From the human T2T-CHM13v2.0 reference genome, Homo sapiens, in the NCBI RefSeq assembly GCF_009914755.1, contig NC_060928.1: a stretch of 64,000 bases of DNA; one strand, 5' to 3'. Positions 1-11,545 of this stretch are shown one piece after another (the stretch's first letter is position 1; each line of letters opens with the position of its first letter). The notes below the pieces were generated by a model, which was given only the letters and a program-made list of their open reading frames with translations, was not told where the DNA came from and did not search any database. A program made the position numbers and the translations under genes.

Positions 1-31
1 CTGTCTCAACAAAAAAAAAAAAAAAAAAAAA

Positions 32-261
32 GCCATGAGTTTGAGACCAGCCTGGGCAACATAGTGAGACCCTATCTCTATAAAAAATGAAAAAAAAAAA
101 TTAGCTGGGCATAGTGGCACGCACCTTTAGTCCCAGCTACCCAGGAGGCTGAGGTGGGAGGATTGCTTAAGAGCCCAGGCATTTGAGGCAAAAGTAAGCC
201 ATGGTCATGCCACTGTACTCCAGCCTCCGGGACAGGGCAAGACTCTGACCAAAAAAAAAAA
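32..261 (+). mobile_element. Alu (AluJ-like, 5' truncated)
   Basis: Alu consensus match with poly(A). Confidence 0.85.
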
Positions 262-907
262 AGCCCTGAACTCAGCTTGACCAGACACAAAGAACTGCCA
301 CCTGTGCTTCATATCCCACCTCCAGCTCCTCACTGCTGTCAGCAAGCCCTGCAGAGCCCCCCCTGGCATGGGGTCGCTGATAGGAGGGAGCCATCTCAGC
401 GAGCTGATGCCCCCAGGGCTACCCTTCTTCCGTCCATAACTGAATGAACTCTTCTTTTAACACAGGAAATTTCAAGATAACTGTTTTTTGTCTTTCCTAT
501 CAGTTAGCTGGATGCCTTCACATATGTTGTCAGGCTTGCTTTCCAGACCCTCACACACTTGAGCCTGCCTACTGTGATGGAAAGTGTTCTCTGAATGTGA
601 GGCTGGGATGGGCCTAGCAGGAAGGGAGTGGAGCTGACTTCTCACACTCACGTACTGTGACTGATGGATCCTGAGAGCATGAAAGGAGTCCTATTGCAGC
701 CATACTGCCAACACGCTTGTGATTAGCCTTGTGATCACCTAGAACACCTGATTTTCTCCTGACTTACTGTCAAATCATGCCACGAGCTTCCTGCCACGTA
801 ACAGGTTGGCCACTGAACAAGAGCTGGGAGAGGCCTCAGCAGAAACATTTGCAATTGATTTTCTAAACCTAGATGGAGCCTCGGTCATATTGGTCTCAAT
901 CCCAGCA

Positions 908-939
908 TATGTATATGTATGTGTATATGTATATGTATG

Positions 940-971
<32 letters not shown>
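908..971. repeat. (TATATG)n microsatellite
   Basis: Visible hexamer repeat. Confidence 0.9.
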
Positions 972-1933
972 ATTAATCTTGATTCCATCGTCTTTGTTGT
1001 CTGCAGTACTGCAAGATTCAATTTCCTTATTCAACTATTTATAGAATCCCGATGAGTTACAAAGACAAAAACTACTAAGGGCATTGCGCAGAGGACAAAG
1101 CATGCAAATGAGTAACTTGTGTACAGCCATGGCTACCCGCATGTCAGTAAGTGACAAAGACAGATTGTGGTGGGAGTGAGGGGCCACGTTGCTAACAGCC
1201 CATGCTGGAACAGGTGCGAGTTAGAACTGCAGTGGTGGGCGGATGATCGCTGAAAGTGTGTGTGTAGTTCTAGATAGAGCATCACAAAAACTCTCACAAA
1301 CTTGGCAAGGACCAAGTGCTCCTGGAGGGCAAGAGAGTTTTGCTGATGCTGTGGCTGTTTTGAGTGTGTACATGGCCTTCTTTGAGCAACCAGTTTTTGC
1401 CAGTTAATTATTTAAGATTAGCACACGGGAAGTTTTGCAGGTAAGCTGTAAATAATGCTGATGATAATTCTAATAATAACAGCATTAGCAAATAAAAAAG
1501 TCATTGGGCACGCACTACATGCCAGATACCATGCTTACACTTCATACGTGGTAATTCACTTAATTCTGGCAAGAACCTATGTTGTGGGTACACTATTATC
1601 ACCCCCACTTTAAAAATAAGAAAACTGAGCACAGTGAGGTTAAGCAACCTGCCCACAGTTACCAGGCTGTTAGATGGAGCCAGGACTCAATCCCAGGCAA
1701 GCTGGTGGCCTCCGCTCTTAACCATATAACAGCTGCCTCAGTCATCATCAATGCCGATATAACTAACTCTTTATCTAAGTGTAAGAATTTTCTATTCAAA
1801 CAAAACATGGTGCTAGTTTACTACCAAGCTGTTAACCAAATAGTTAAAATTCAAATGAGCAGATCAGCTGCTCTCTGCCTATATTTTGGCCAAGAAGCAT
1901 CAGGCATCTGAAAGCAGTGGGATCTATCTAGGG

Positions 1934-2167
1934 CAGGGGTTGGCAAACTTGTTCTGCAATGGACCAGAGAGTAAATATTTTCAGCTCTGTAAGCCACATG
2001 GTCTCTGTCACAGCTGCGATTACTCATCTCTGCCCTTGCAGTGCGAAAACAGCTGCAGGAAATGTGCAAATGAACGGGGGTGGCTGGCTGTGTTCCAATA
2101 AAACTTTATTTGCAAAAACAGGTGGCAGGCTGGATTTGGTCCTCAGGCCGCAGTCTGCCGACCCCTG
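1934..2167 (+). mobile_element. MER58A-like hAT MITE
   Basis: TIRs CAGGGGTTGGCAAAC / GTCTGCCGACCCCTG, internal gctgtgttccaataaaactttattt. Confidence 0.8.
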
Positions 2168-2228
2168 GTCTAGAGTCAAACAGCAGGGCTAAGGACAGGA
2201 AACCACCATGCGCTTCTCCAAAACCTAC

Positions 2229-2349
2229 TGGCCAGATAGCCGTGTCCTCCACACGCCTCCCGGCATTCCTGAATTCCTTGCTGGGTGGTCCACGAGGCCA
2301 GGGGCTTGCTGGCCGATGCCAGGGCGTGGATCTCACGTCCAAGCTCTGC
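2229..2349 (-). CDS. ACOX3: ACOX3 coding exon [20 protein letters not shown]...[12 protein letters not shown] (gene continues beyond window)
   Basis: 121 nt, [13 protein letters not shown]-binding motif, donor A|gtagg. Confidence 0.96.
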
Positions 2350-2910
2350 CTTTGGGTGAGGGAATCCAACAAGAACAGGTGAAAAGAGACTTTAGACACC
2401 AAAAAGTCATAAGTCAGCAATAGCATCAAACCACCATATCACCTCTAGTCTAATACAAGACATCCCGAAAATGACAGAAGAGGAAACCTAATTGTAATTA
2501 GAAATAAAAAAGGGTCTTTATCCAAGTATGGATACACTGTGGTATGCTCATACCATTTCACAACAATGAAAACACAGCTCTACACAGCAAATAGCTCTCA
2601 GGGCCCTAACACGGGTCCCAGAAGCAAACTGCAGAAGAATGTGCGTCATGGCCCACTTTATATAAAGTTCACAAACGTCAAAGTGAATGACACACCATGG
2701 AAGGTTGCAATTGTTTGCAGGGAAACCATGAAGAAAGGCCAGGGAACCAGACTCAGCACCGCAGACAGTGCTCGCTCCCAGGACAGGGAAGGGCCGGGAC
2801 CAGTCCATTCCCAGAAGGCTGCAAGCGCCTCGGTAACTGATGGTCTGCTCTGTGTGGGGGCTCACCGTGCCTCCCTCAGGCCTAACATGTTTTATTGAGA
2901 CTCCTTTGCT

Positions 2911-3050
2911 GTCCATGGCCAAACTACCCTGAATGAGCCTGATCTCGTGAAGCTAAGCAGGGTCGGGCGTGGTTAGTATTTGGATGGGAGACCGCCTGGG
3001 AATACCAGGTGCTGCAGGCTTTTTTTTTAAGGGGGAAAAAAAAAAAAAGA
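2911..3050 (+). pseudogene. Retroposed 5S rRNA pseudogene
   Basis: Matches human 5S with a 9-nt deletion. Followed by T-run, AAGGGGG and poly(A). 13-bp TSD AGACTCCTTTGCT at 2898-2910 and 3051-3063. Confidence 0.93.
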
Positions 3051-3095
3051 AGACTCCTTTGCTTCTGCTTGATACCTAATGATGAAAACTTAAGA

Positions 3096-3268
3096 GGCTG
3101 GGCCAGGCACAGTGGCTCACGCCTATAATGCCAGCACTTTGAGAGGCTGAGGCGGGCAGATCAGTTGAGCTCAGGAGTCTGAGAACAGCCTGGGCAACAT
3201 GGGCAACAGAGCGAGACTCCGTCTCAAAAACAAACAAACAAACAAACAAACAAACAAACAAACAAAAA
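3096..3268 (+). mobile_element. Internally deleted Alu with (CAAA)n tail
   Basis: TSD AAAACTTAAGAG. Confidence 0.8.
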
Positions 3269-3353
3269 CTTAAGAGACTGATTCAGGGTAAAAGAAGAAT
3301 TTTTACTTTTAAAAAAGAAAGACAATTAAAAAGGAAAAACAATTAAGAGGAAG

Positions 3354-3410
3354 ACACACACACGCACACACACACACACACACACGCACACACACACACA
3401 CACACACACG
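3354..3410. repeat. (CA)n microsatellite
   Basis: Visible repeat. Confidence 0.95.
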
Positions 3411-4368
3411 CATGCTAAGTCCAGTGACCCATTTTATGAGTGTTTTCAACTTCACATAAGGGGCTGAGCTGAGGCCCTCCTCTGCCTGGGTTAAACCACT
3501 GAGTTTCAGAAAGAATCAGCCTGGTCACCCTTTACAACATTATTCACAGGAGAACAATGCAAGTGTCAGCTGGCAAAAGCTCCACTGACTCACGCTCCAG
3601 GGAAAACACAGGCTTAACCCCTTTAGTGGTCAGAAGCGCTCCCTCCTCAGGCCTCCAGGCCTGGGGTTTGCTCTGCCATCAATCCTGCAGGTCATCCCTT
3701 CGCCATCATCTGCCGTGAATGTGGACACCGATAATATTTCAAGATATGCTAATTAGATACAGGCTTTTTCTGATGTTGTACATAACAGCAATCTGTGGCG
3801 TTTCTCCTCTGCTTTCAAACACGGTTATTTCTTTTGATTCACATTTCACTCTTGCTCAGGAGGCAGCAGGAGGGACAATGGAAAATCAGTTCATAATCAT
3901 CTACAAAGAAATCCGTTCCCGATGTCTCTTTATGCCGAGGCTGATCTCGGGATTTGCACGCTCGTTTCTGGCACAAATCCTCTGACTGTCAACTCAAATC
4001 CAGTCAGTGGGATTCAGACCTTTGTGCAGCTGTTTACAAAAGGCTCAGAACCATGAAATCCACTGAGGGGCGGGTAACGTGGATTTTGCAAAACCGTCAT
4101 GTTCTCAAAAGGAGACCAACAGCTGAACTCACAGACTGGAACCGGGAGTCGTGTCAGCACATCCTTGAGAGGCAGGGGTGTGGACGCGTGCCCAGCCCGT
4201 TCAATCGCGGCAGAGGCCAAGAGCTCCGAGTGGGTGGGAACAACTGGAGGAATGCTCTGTCCTCGCAAATCAAAGGACTGATTTTGCTTTGAAATGAAGG
4301 TTGAATCTATGCTGCTCCAACCGTGTGAGATTTAAACGATGCTGCTGAGGAAGCAGACACCACCTCAC

Positions 4369-4491
4369 CTGTCTGGCGCTGCGGTCTCCCGATGCAAGTC
4401 CTCGCTGGAGCTCCACCAGGTCCAGGAAGAGCGACTTGGAGAAATGGTCTAAGGCGTAGACAGCTGCCAGATATGGAAGCAAGCGCCATTG
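4369..4491 (-). CDS. ACOX3: ACOX3 coding exon [17 protein letters not shown]...GDRSARQ
   Basis: 123 nt, ttctag acceptor, CAG|gtgag donor. Confidence 0.96.
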
Positions 4492-4991
4492 CTAGAACAG
4501 ACAAGACACCTGCGTGAACACATCGTGGTTCCCATGAAGGGCAGCCCATCCCAGGGACCATGAAAGCCAGTGCAGGGAGAGGCCGTCAGGGCCACACACC
4601 CACTAGCGCTGAAGGTCTTCACATGTCTTCCCGGCACATCAGAAAGCCTTCACCCTGACACGCTCTCAACTCAGCCAGTTCGGCTTTCACCCATAGCCCT
4701 TGACAGACAAGCTCAAACGCAATTCGCTAAATGGCCGCTATTCACAGCTGTCCCATCAAAGTCACTACAGAACAAAGTGCCAGTCTATCTGTGAATTAAG
4801 AAGGCAGCACTGCTAGGGGCCAACTCCCCGGCACACGGACTGACTGGCTGACAGCATGAGCCTGTGAGGATGAGGCCGTCACCCTGGGACAGATGGGAAA
4901 GCTGAGGCCCACACAGAGCTGGCAGCCCCTCGAAAGGCTGAGTGCATGTCTTTTTCACTTTGTCTGAAACAGGATAGGGTCCACCTATTGT

Positions 4992-5172
4992 TGGATGGGG
5001 GGGTGGGTGGGTGGGTGGATGGATGCATGGATGGTGGGTGGTGGGTAGGTGGATGTGTGGGTGGGTGGATGGATGAATCCGTAGATGGGTAGATGGATGG
5101 GTGGGTGGATGCGTGGACAGGTGGGGGGATGCGTGGACAGGTGGGGGGATGCATGGATGGGTGGGTGGGTGG
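4992..5172. repeat. (GGGT/GGAT)n simple repeat
   Basis: Visible repeat. Confidence 0.9.
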
Positions 5173-6143
5173 CTGGGTACATGGCAGGACAAGCCTGAGA
5201 GGATCCTGAGGAAACCGCCATCACCACCATGGTCTAACGTGTCAAGAGTGCTGAGCAGACATGGCGCCAGCTGCCTCCATGCCCTAACTTTGTTAATCCT
5301 CACACTGATCCTAGGAAGAAGTTTTATCATCAGTTCTAACTTACAAATGATAAAGCAAGAGCACAGAAAGGCTAAGGACCTTGCCTGGGGGCACACAGCC
5401 AGCTGGGGGTGGACCTTGGTGGTAAGGCCAGGCATGGTGGCCCCAGTGCGCTCTCTTGACCGCCGAGCTGCCCTTGGCACCCAGAGTGCTGTGACCACAC
5501 ACGGGAGGGGATGGGTGCCACACAGGCATGAATGGCAACACTTACTAAACAGGCTCATAGCCCTGGTCAAAGGATGTGGAAAGAAACAACTGCAATTCTG
5601 TTACAATTTCCTGGAAGTTTCACCCAAATCTACCTTTATTCATGCACAGCTTGGCCTGGGACCTGGGCCTGAGTTAGCCTGTGCACTTTAACTGGATTTC
5701 TTATTTGATCCTCAGTTCTCTCACCTGTAAAGTGGGACTAAGCCCAACCCTCTTAGCTGTGAAGACCAAACCCAGAGCACAGGGCACGTTCGCTGTGACA
5801 GTTCATCCCCCTTCCATGTAACAATGTCTGTGCTTTTCCACGCTGCTGCCTGGGCTGCATCTGTGCATGTCAACAGCTGCCCCATCTCTGGGGACGTGTA
5901 GGGCCAACGCTCTGTGCCCACGCCACTGTTCTAAATGCCATCACAGTGAACAGGGCTGCACGCTCAGCTGCTGCTTCTTCCAGATCACCTGCCAGGAATC
6001 ATTTCTTAGGGATGGGATGAAAGTGTCAAAGAGTGTGCACAGGGCGTGCAAGGCCACTACCCGCCAAGCTGTGGCGGCCTCACCTGAACGTGCGGCCGTG
6101 CACACACCCACCTCCCAGAGCCGCCCCATCCTTGCTTCTTTCT

Positions 6144-6450
6144 GGCCGGGCACAGTGACTCATGCCCATAATCCCAGCACTTTGGGAGGCTGAGGCAGGT
6201 GGATCACTGGAGGTCAGGAGTTCGAGACCGGCCTGGCCAAAACAGCAGAACCCTGTCTCTACTAACAATACAAAAATTAGCCGGGCATGGTGGTGCATGC
6301 CCATAATCCCAGCTACTCGGGAGGCTGAGACACGAGAATCACTTGAACCTGGGAGGCGGAGGTTGCAGTGAGCCAAGATCATGCCCACTGCACTCCAGCC
6401 TTGGTGACAGAGCAAGGCTCCGTCTGGGAAAAAAAAAAAAAAAAAAAAAA
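6144..6450 (+). mobile_element. AluS
   Basis: Full dimer with poly(A), flanking repeat CTTGCTTCTT. Confidence 0.9.
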
Positions 6451-6685
6451 GACTTGCTTCTTTCCATCTTCCTTTTTTGGCTACTTCGTATCTACTCTTT
6501 TTAAATTAAAAACCATTTGCTGGAAGCCTTGCGGCCTGAGATGCCGCACTCCCGCTAACTAATCATCCTGTTAATTGCCTTAAGAGCTTTGATCAACTCC
6601 CAGTAACCAAACGGCAACTATGTAAAAGAAGTGAATTTGCATATAAAATAGAGAGACAGTGAAAGGATGCTTGAAAACCTCATAC

Positions 6686-6868
6686 CTGCATTGGATACTC
6701 AAGCACTGGTATTTCCTCCTCCTCTGTGGGTCCAAACTGACGCCGAGTGGCTGAGAAGCGAAGAGCGATGGCCACGGCCAGCTTTAGGTTAAGGATGGCC
6801 AGGCTCACGATGGAGACCCGGCCCGAGGACAGGCTCCCCAGGGACGCTCCAAAGCGCTGCCTGACGTC
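6686..6868 (-). CDS. ACOX3: ACOX3 coding exon [18 protein letters not shown]...[20 protein letters not shown]
   Basis: 183 nt, RRQFG motif typical of ACOX proteins, canonical splice sites. Confidence 0.96.
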
Positions 6869-7628
6869 CTACGGGAGGGACACAGATGATAAGCTCAAGC
6901 CCGGCTGCGCGGCCACCTTGGGCAGAGTGGCTCAGAGGCGAAGGTGCCCTCGTTTGTTCATCCAAAGTAGACCTGTGCCCACCTGCCCAGGCCCCATCCC
7001 CAGGGCGCCCAAGACACAGGACGGTGCGGCAGGCGGGTAGAGATGTCACTGATGAACCGTGGATGGAATGGGGGTGCCGGGGAGGGGACACCCAGCTGCC
7101 TGGAGAAGGTACAGTCCTAGCAGAGGGAATGGTATGACAGCGCTGGGTGAGGGTGCTCCCACTGTGGGGACTTGCAAACCATCTGCCTGGAGATTCCAAG
7201 GCCCACCTTTAACCTTGGCAAGAATCAGATGTGGCCTGTACTGCCAGAGGGCAGGGGCGGAGTCCATTACAGGCAGCCATTCCAGGGGGTTTCACGGACA
7301 CCTCTTGATCCTTGTGTGCCTGTGAACAGGCAGTTCCTTTACGTGCGTCTAGCTGGAATCTTCCGTCCACTATCTCCTCGCACGCATCAGCGGCGTCAGC
7401 AGAGGCTGTTGCTAAGGCCTGTCCAGGCTGCGGTGGGCACATCTAATCTACAGCCCTTGCCACGTGATCTGACCGTCCTTCCTGCCCTGCCCCGTGCTGC
7501 CCCATCGGGCCACTCCTCTGACCATCTAGGTCCTTCTTCCAAGGCAGCATGGTAATTGTGTGTCTGAGCGTATTAATCACACTCTCACATAGGAATCACA
7601 GTCTCGTTGTGTTTAAAAATGTATTTAA

Positions 7629-7920
7629 GCCGGGTGCGGCGGCTCACGCCTGTAATCCCAATGCTTTGGGAGGCTGAGGTGGGCAGATCACCTGAGGTCA
7701 GGAGTTCAAGACCAGCCTGGCCAACATGGTGAAACACCGTCTCTACTAAAAGTACGCAAATTAGCCAGGCCTGGCGGCGGGTGCCTGTAGTCCCAGCTAC
7801 TCAGGAGGCTGATGCAGGAGAATCACTTGAACCCGGGAGGCAGAGGAGAGGTTGCAGTGAGCTGAGATCGTGCTGTTGCACTGCAGCCTGGGTGACAGAG
7901 CAACACTCCACCTCAAAAAA
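7629..7920 (+). mobile_element. AluS
   Basis: Full-length Alu dimer. Confidence 0.9.
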
Positions 7921-8229
7921 TATATATAAATATATATTTAAAGTGATTTTCCTTTAAGGGTATAAAATATGATTCCACTGTCTTCATGCATTCACTGTCA
8001 TGTTTGAGAAATCTGAAGTTCAAGTGTTTTTTATTCCACTGGAGTCAGATCTGGAAGATTCTAGAATTTTCTCTTAGAAATTCCTCAATTTCTCTACCGT
8101 GTGTCTGGGTACGTGCATAGGTGCTTCCTTACTTTTCCTCTTTGGTCCTCCAAGAGTCCCTTCAACCAAAAGCCTTCTTCCCCTCTCATTTAGAGACATT
8201 TCTCTCCTTTATTTCTCTAAACTTCATTT

Positions 8230-8524
8230 CTTTCTTTCTTTCTCTTTTGAGACAGGGTCTCGCTCTGTTGCCCACGCTGGAGTGCAGTGATGCAATCATA
8301 GCTCACTGCAGCCTGACTTCCTGGGCTCTAGTGATCCTCCCACCTCCCACCAAGTAACGGACCACAGGCACACGCTACCATGCCCGGCTAATTTTTGCAT
8401 TTTTAGTAGAGACGGGGTTTTGCCATATTGCCCAGGCTGGTCTGGAACTCCTGGGCTCAAGCGATCTGCCCACTTTGGCCTCCCACAGTGCTAGGGTTAC
8501 GGGCGTGAGCCACTGCACCCAGCC
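8230..8524 (-). mobile_element. AluJ
   Basis: Reverse-strand Alu. Confidence 0.88.
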
Positions 8525-9304
8525 TTCATTTTCTTTAATCCTCTCCTTCTGCCTTCTAGAGGACAAGCTTCCAATCCCTAATTCATCCTCCTGAGATAGT
8601 TATCCCAAATGCTGTGCCTGTTCTTCCAATCATTTATTTTTAATTGATGTTGGATTAACATCTCCGTTTGTGAGCAGCTCCTGGTCTCGTGTTGCTGTTC
8701 CCACTCTGCGCACCCTGTGTGTCTCTGGGCATCCCCATCATGCTCCTTTTCCATCCGTGCTTCCTGATGTCAGATGCTGCATGCTGCTGGGGACTGTTAT
8801 TCCAAGGGTGCATGCTCGGGGTGGCCCACCTGCTGTGAGCTCATGATTCCTGAGGGTCATCAGCTATGACCTGGGCCATCGCTCCCCAGGACCACGGTCT
8901 CTCTTCTGCTCTCCGTGAACTTAAGCCAGGCGTGAGTTCTGGACACCGGGGAACTCTGTTTGTCGTCCCCCTTTGTGGACAGTTCGCCAGGAGACCCGTC
9001 TCCTTCAAATCCTCAGGGAAGCATCACTGGAAGCGAGCAGTCCTCTAATCGCAGCCCCCGATGGGGAGTGGGCATTGTAAGGCCCGGACTCACCCCCTGG
9101 ACACCAGCACCTGGTGCTGTGGCTGCCCCAAGAGTCCCCTTCTAGCGGGAGCACCAGAACCCGAGCCAGGAGAAGTATGCCCCAGCGACACCTGGCCTAC
9201 GTGGAGGGGTCTCCTTTCCAGGTGCAGGGAGGAGCACAGAGCCAGGCCCTGCAGAGGAAGGCACCTGGGAAGCACGGCACACGAACGGCCCCCCATGCCT
9301 GTAC

Positions 9305-9401
9305 CTTAAAGGGGCTGACATAGGTGCCCTCGGGGGTGACGTCTCCCATCCGGTTCAGAAGGCTCTGGCGAGGAACTCTGACCTTGTGGAACATGGCGAA
9401 A
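9305..9401 (-). CDS. ACOX3: ACOX3 coding exon [32 protein letters not shown]
   Basis: 97 nt, phase matches the previous exon, AG/GT boundaries. Confidence 0.96.
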
Positions 9402-9564
9402 CTGTGGGGAAGCAGCAGGGCTTCTGTTAAACAGGGGTCCTGCCCTGAGGCTCTTCTCTTCTCCAAGGGCAGCCTAAAAGCTGATGCAATCCCCGAGGAC
9501 AAAGAAAATGGCAGAGGGCAAGTAGACAGGAACATTCAACCAACTTTCTATTCAAAAAAGTAGT

Positions 9565-10134
<570 letters not shown>

Positions 10135-10507
10135 TCATATTTCAATCTTAAACCAGAACCCACAGTGTAATAATATTGGCAAAATGAGGTTTAAAACTCT
10201 TCAGTCAAACAAAATAACTGGTGTGATGGCATTGGTGCTCCCTCGGCAAGGAAATTCACTTCTTTTGAACAGCTGAGCATAGGATTACACACACATTGTT
10301 ATGGATCATGATGTATTAATAACCAAAGATACCTGTTATGGTTGTCTGGTCAGGAAAACCTATTACACAACAGTCTAGGGAATAAGGCTATGCTAGGTTA
10401 AGAATATTACATAAACTGTGCAAAAACCCCCCAAAACAAACTTCAAAATATCAATAGTTCCTATAGCAACTTGTCTGATTCCTAAGTTCACTTGCAATGC
10501 CTTAGGG

Positions 10508-11033
10508 CAGCAGTCCGCAACCTTTTTGGCACCAGGGACCGGTTTTATGGAAGACAATTTTTCCACGAATGAGGGGGAGGTGGGAGTGGTTTCGGGATGA
10601 TTCAAGCACATTATATTTATTGTGCACTTTATTTCTATTATTATTACATGGTAACACATAATGAAATGATTATACAATTAGCCATAATGCAAAATTGCAA
10701 AATCAGTGGGAGCCTGAGCTTGTTTTCCTGCAACTAGATGGTCCCATCTGGGGGTGATGGGAGGCAGTGACAGATCATCAGGTATTAGATTCTCATAAGG
10801 AGCGCTCGCCTTAGATCCCTCACATGCGCAGTTCACAGTAGGATTCACGCTCCTATAAGAATCTAATGCCGCCACCGATCTGACAGGAGGCGGAGCTCAG
10901 GCAGTCATGTGAGCAATGGGGAGTGGCTATAAACACAGAGGAAGCTTTGCTGGCTCACCCGATGCTCACCTCCTGCTGGGTGGCCTAGTTCCTAACAGGC
11001 CACAGACTAGTACCACGGGGTTGGGGACCCCTG
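10508..11033 (+). mobile_element. MER1A-like hAT DNA transposon
   Basis: caacctttttggcaccagggaccggttt start, ggttggggacccctg end, ~525 bp. Confidence 0.8.
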
Positions 11034-11417
11034 CCTACAGAATAGTCTTTTACTAAACCACAGAAGACTCATCTATAAAGAATAATCTCACATGCTGGAA
11101 GGGAACCAGAGGCACCCGTTTCCTGCGTGGGCTCTTCCTTGAGTCCTGCTCAGGATGCCCCCACACCCCCATTGTCACCCGGTCCTGGGCTGCCAGCTCT
11201 GCTGTGCTGGCCCGATTCACTTTCTCCCCTCCATCCCCACCTAGGACCCAGCACCTCCATCCCTACTCAGCTCTCCTGGGCTGATTTCCTGCAGCAACCA
11301 TATTGGCTCTTTCCTAACTCTGCCTCTTCAGCCCATCCTCCCTGTGGGAGCTGGGCCGTTTCCCAAAGGCCTTCGGAATGGCGGAGGCCAATGTGGAGGA
11401 TCCCCCCAAGCTGACCT

Positions 11418-11545
11418 CCATCTGCCCCTCTAATTGCATCGCCACCTTGCCATGAGGTGGTCCCACCTGCCTGTGGTGCCCCATCTGCCCCTCTAACAGC
11501 ATCACCGCCTTGCCATGAGGTGGTCCTGCCTGCCTGTGGTGCCCC
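11418..11545. repeat. 63-bp tandem duplication
   Basis: ccatctgcccctctaa... at 11418 and 11481. Confidence 0.85.

Noticed and set aside
4785-5691. 261-aa and 196-aa His/Pro-rich ORFs
   Set aside because: They arise from the GGGT/GGAT simple repeat plus MIR sequence.
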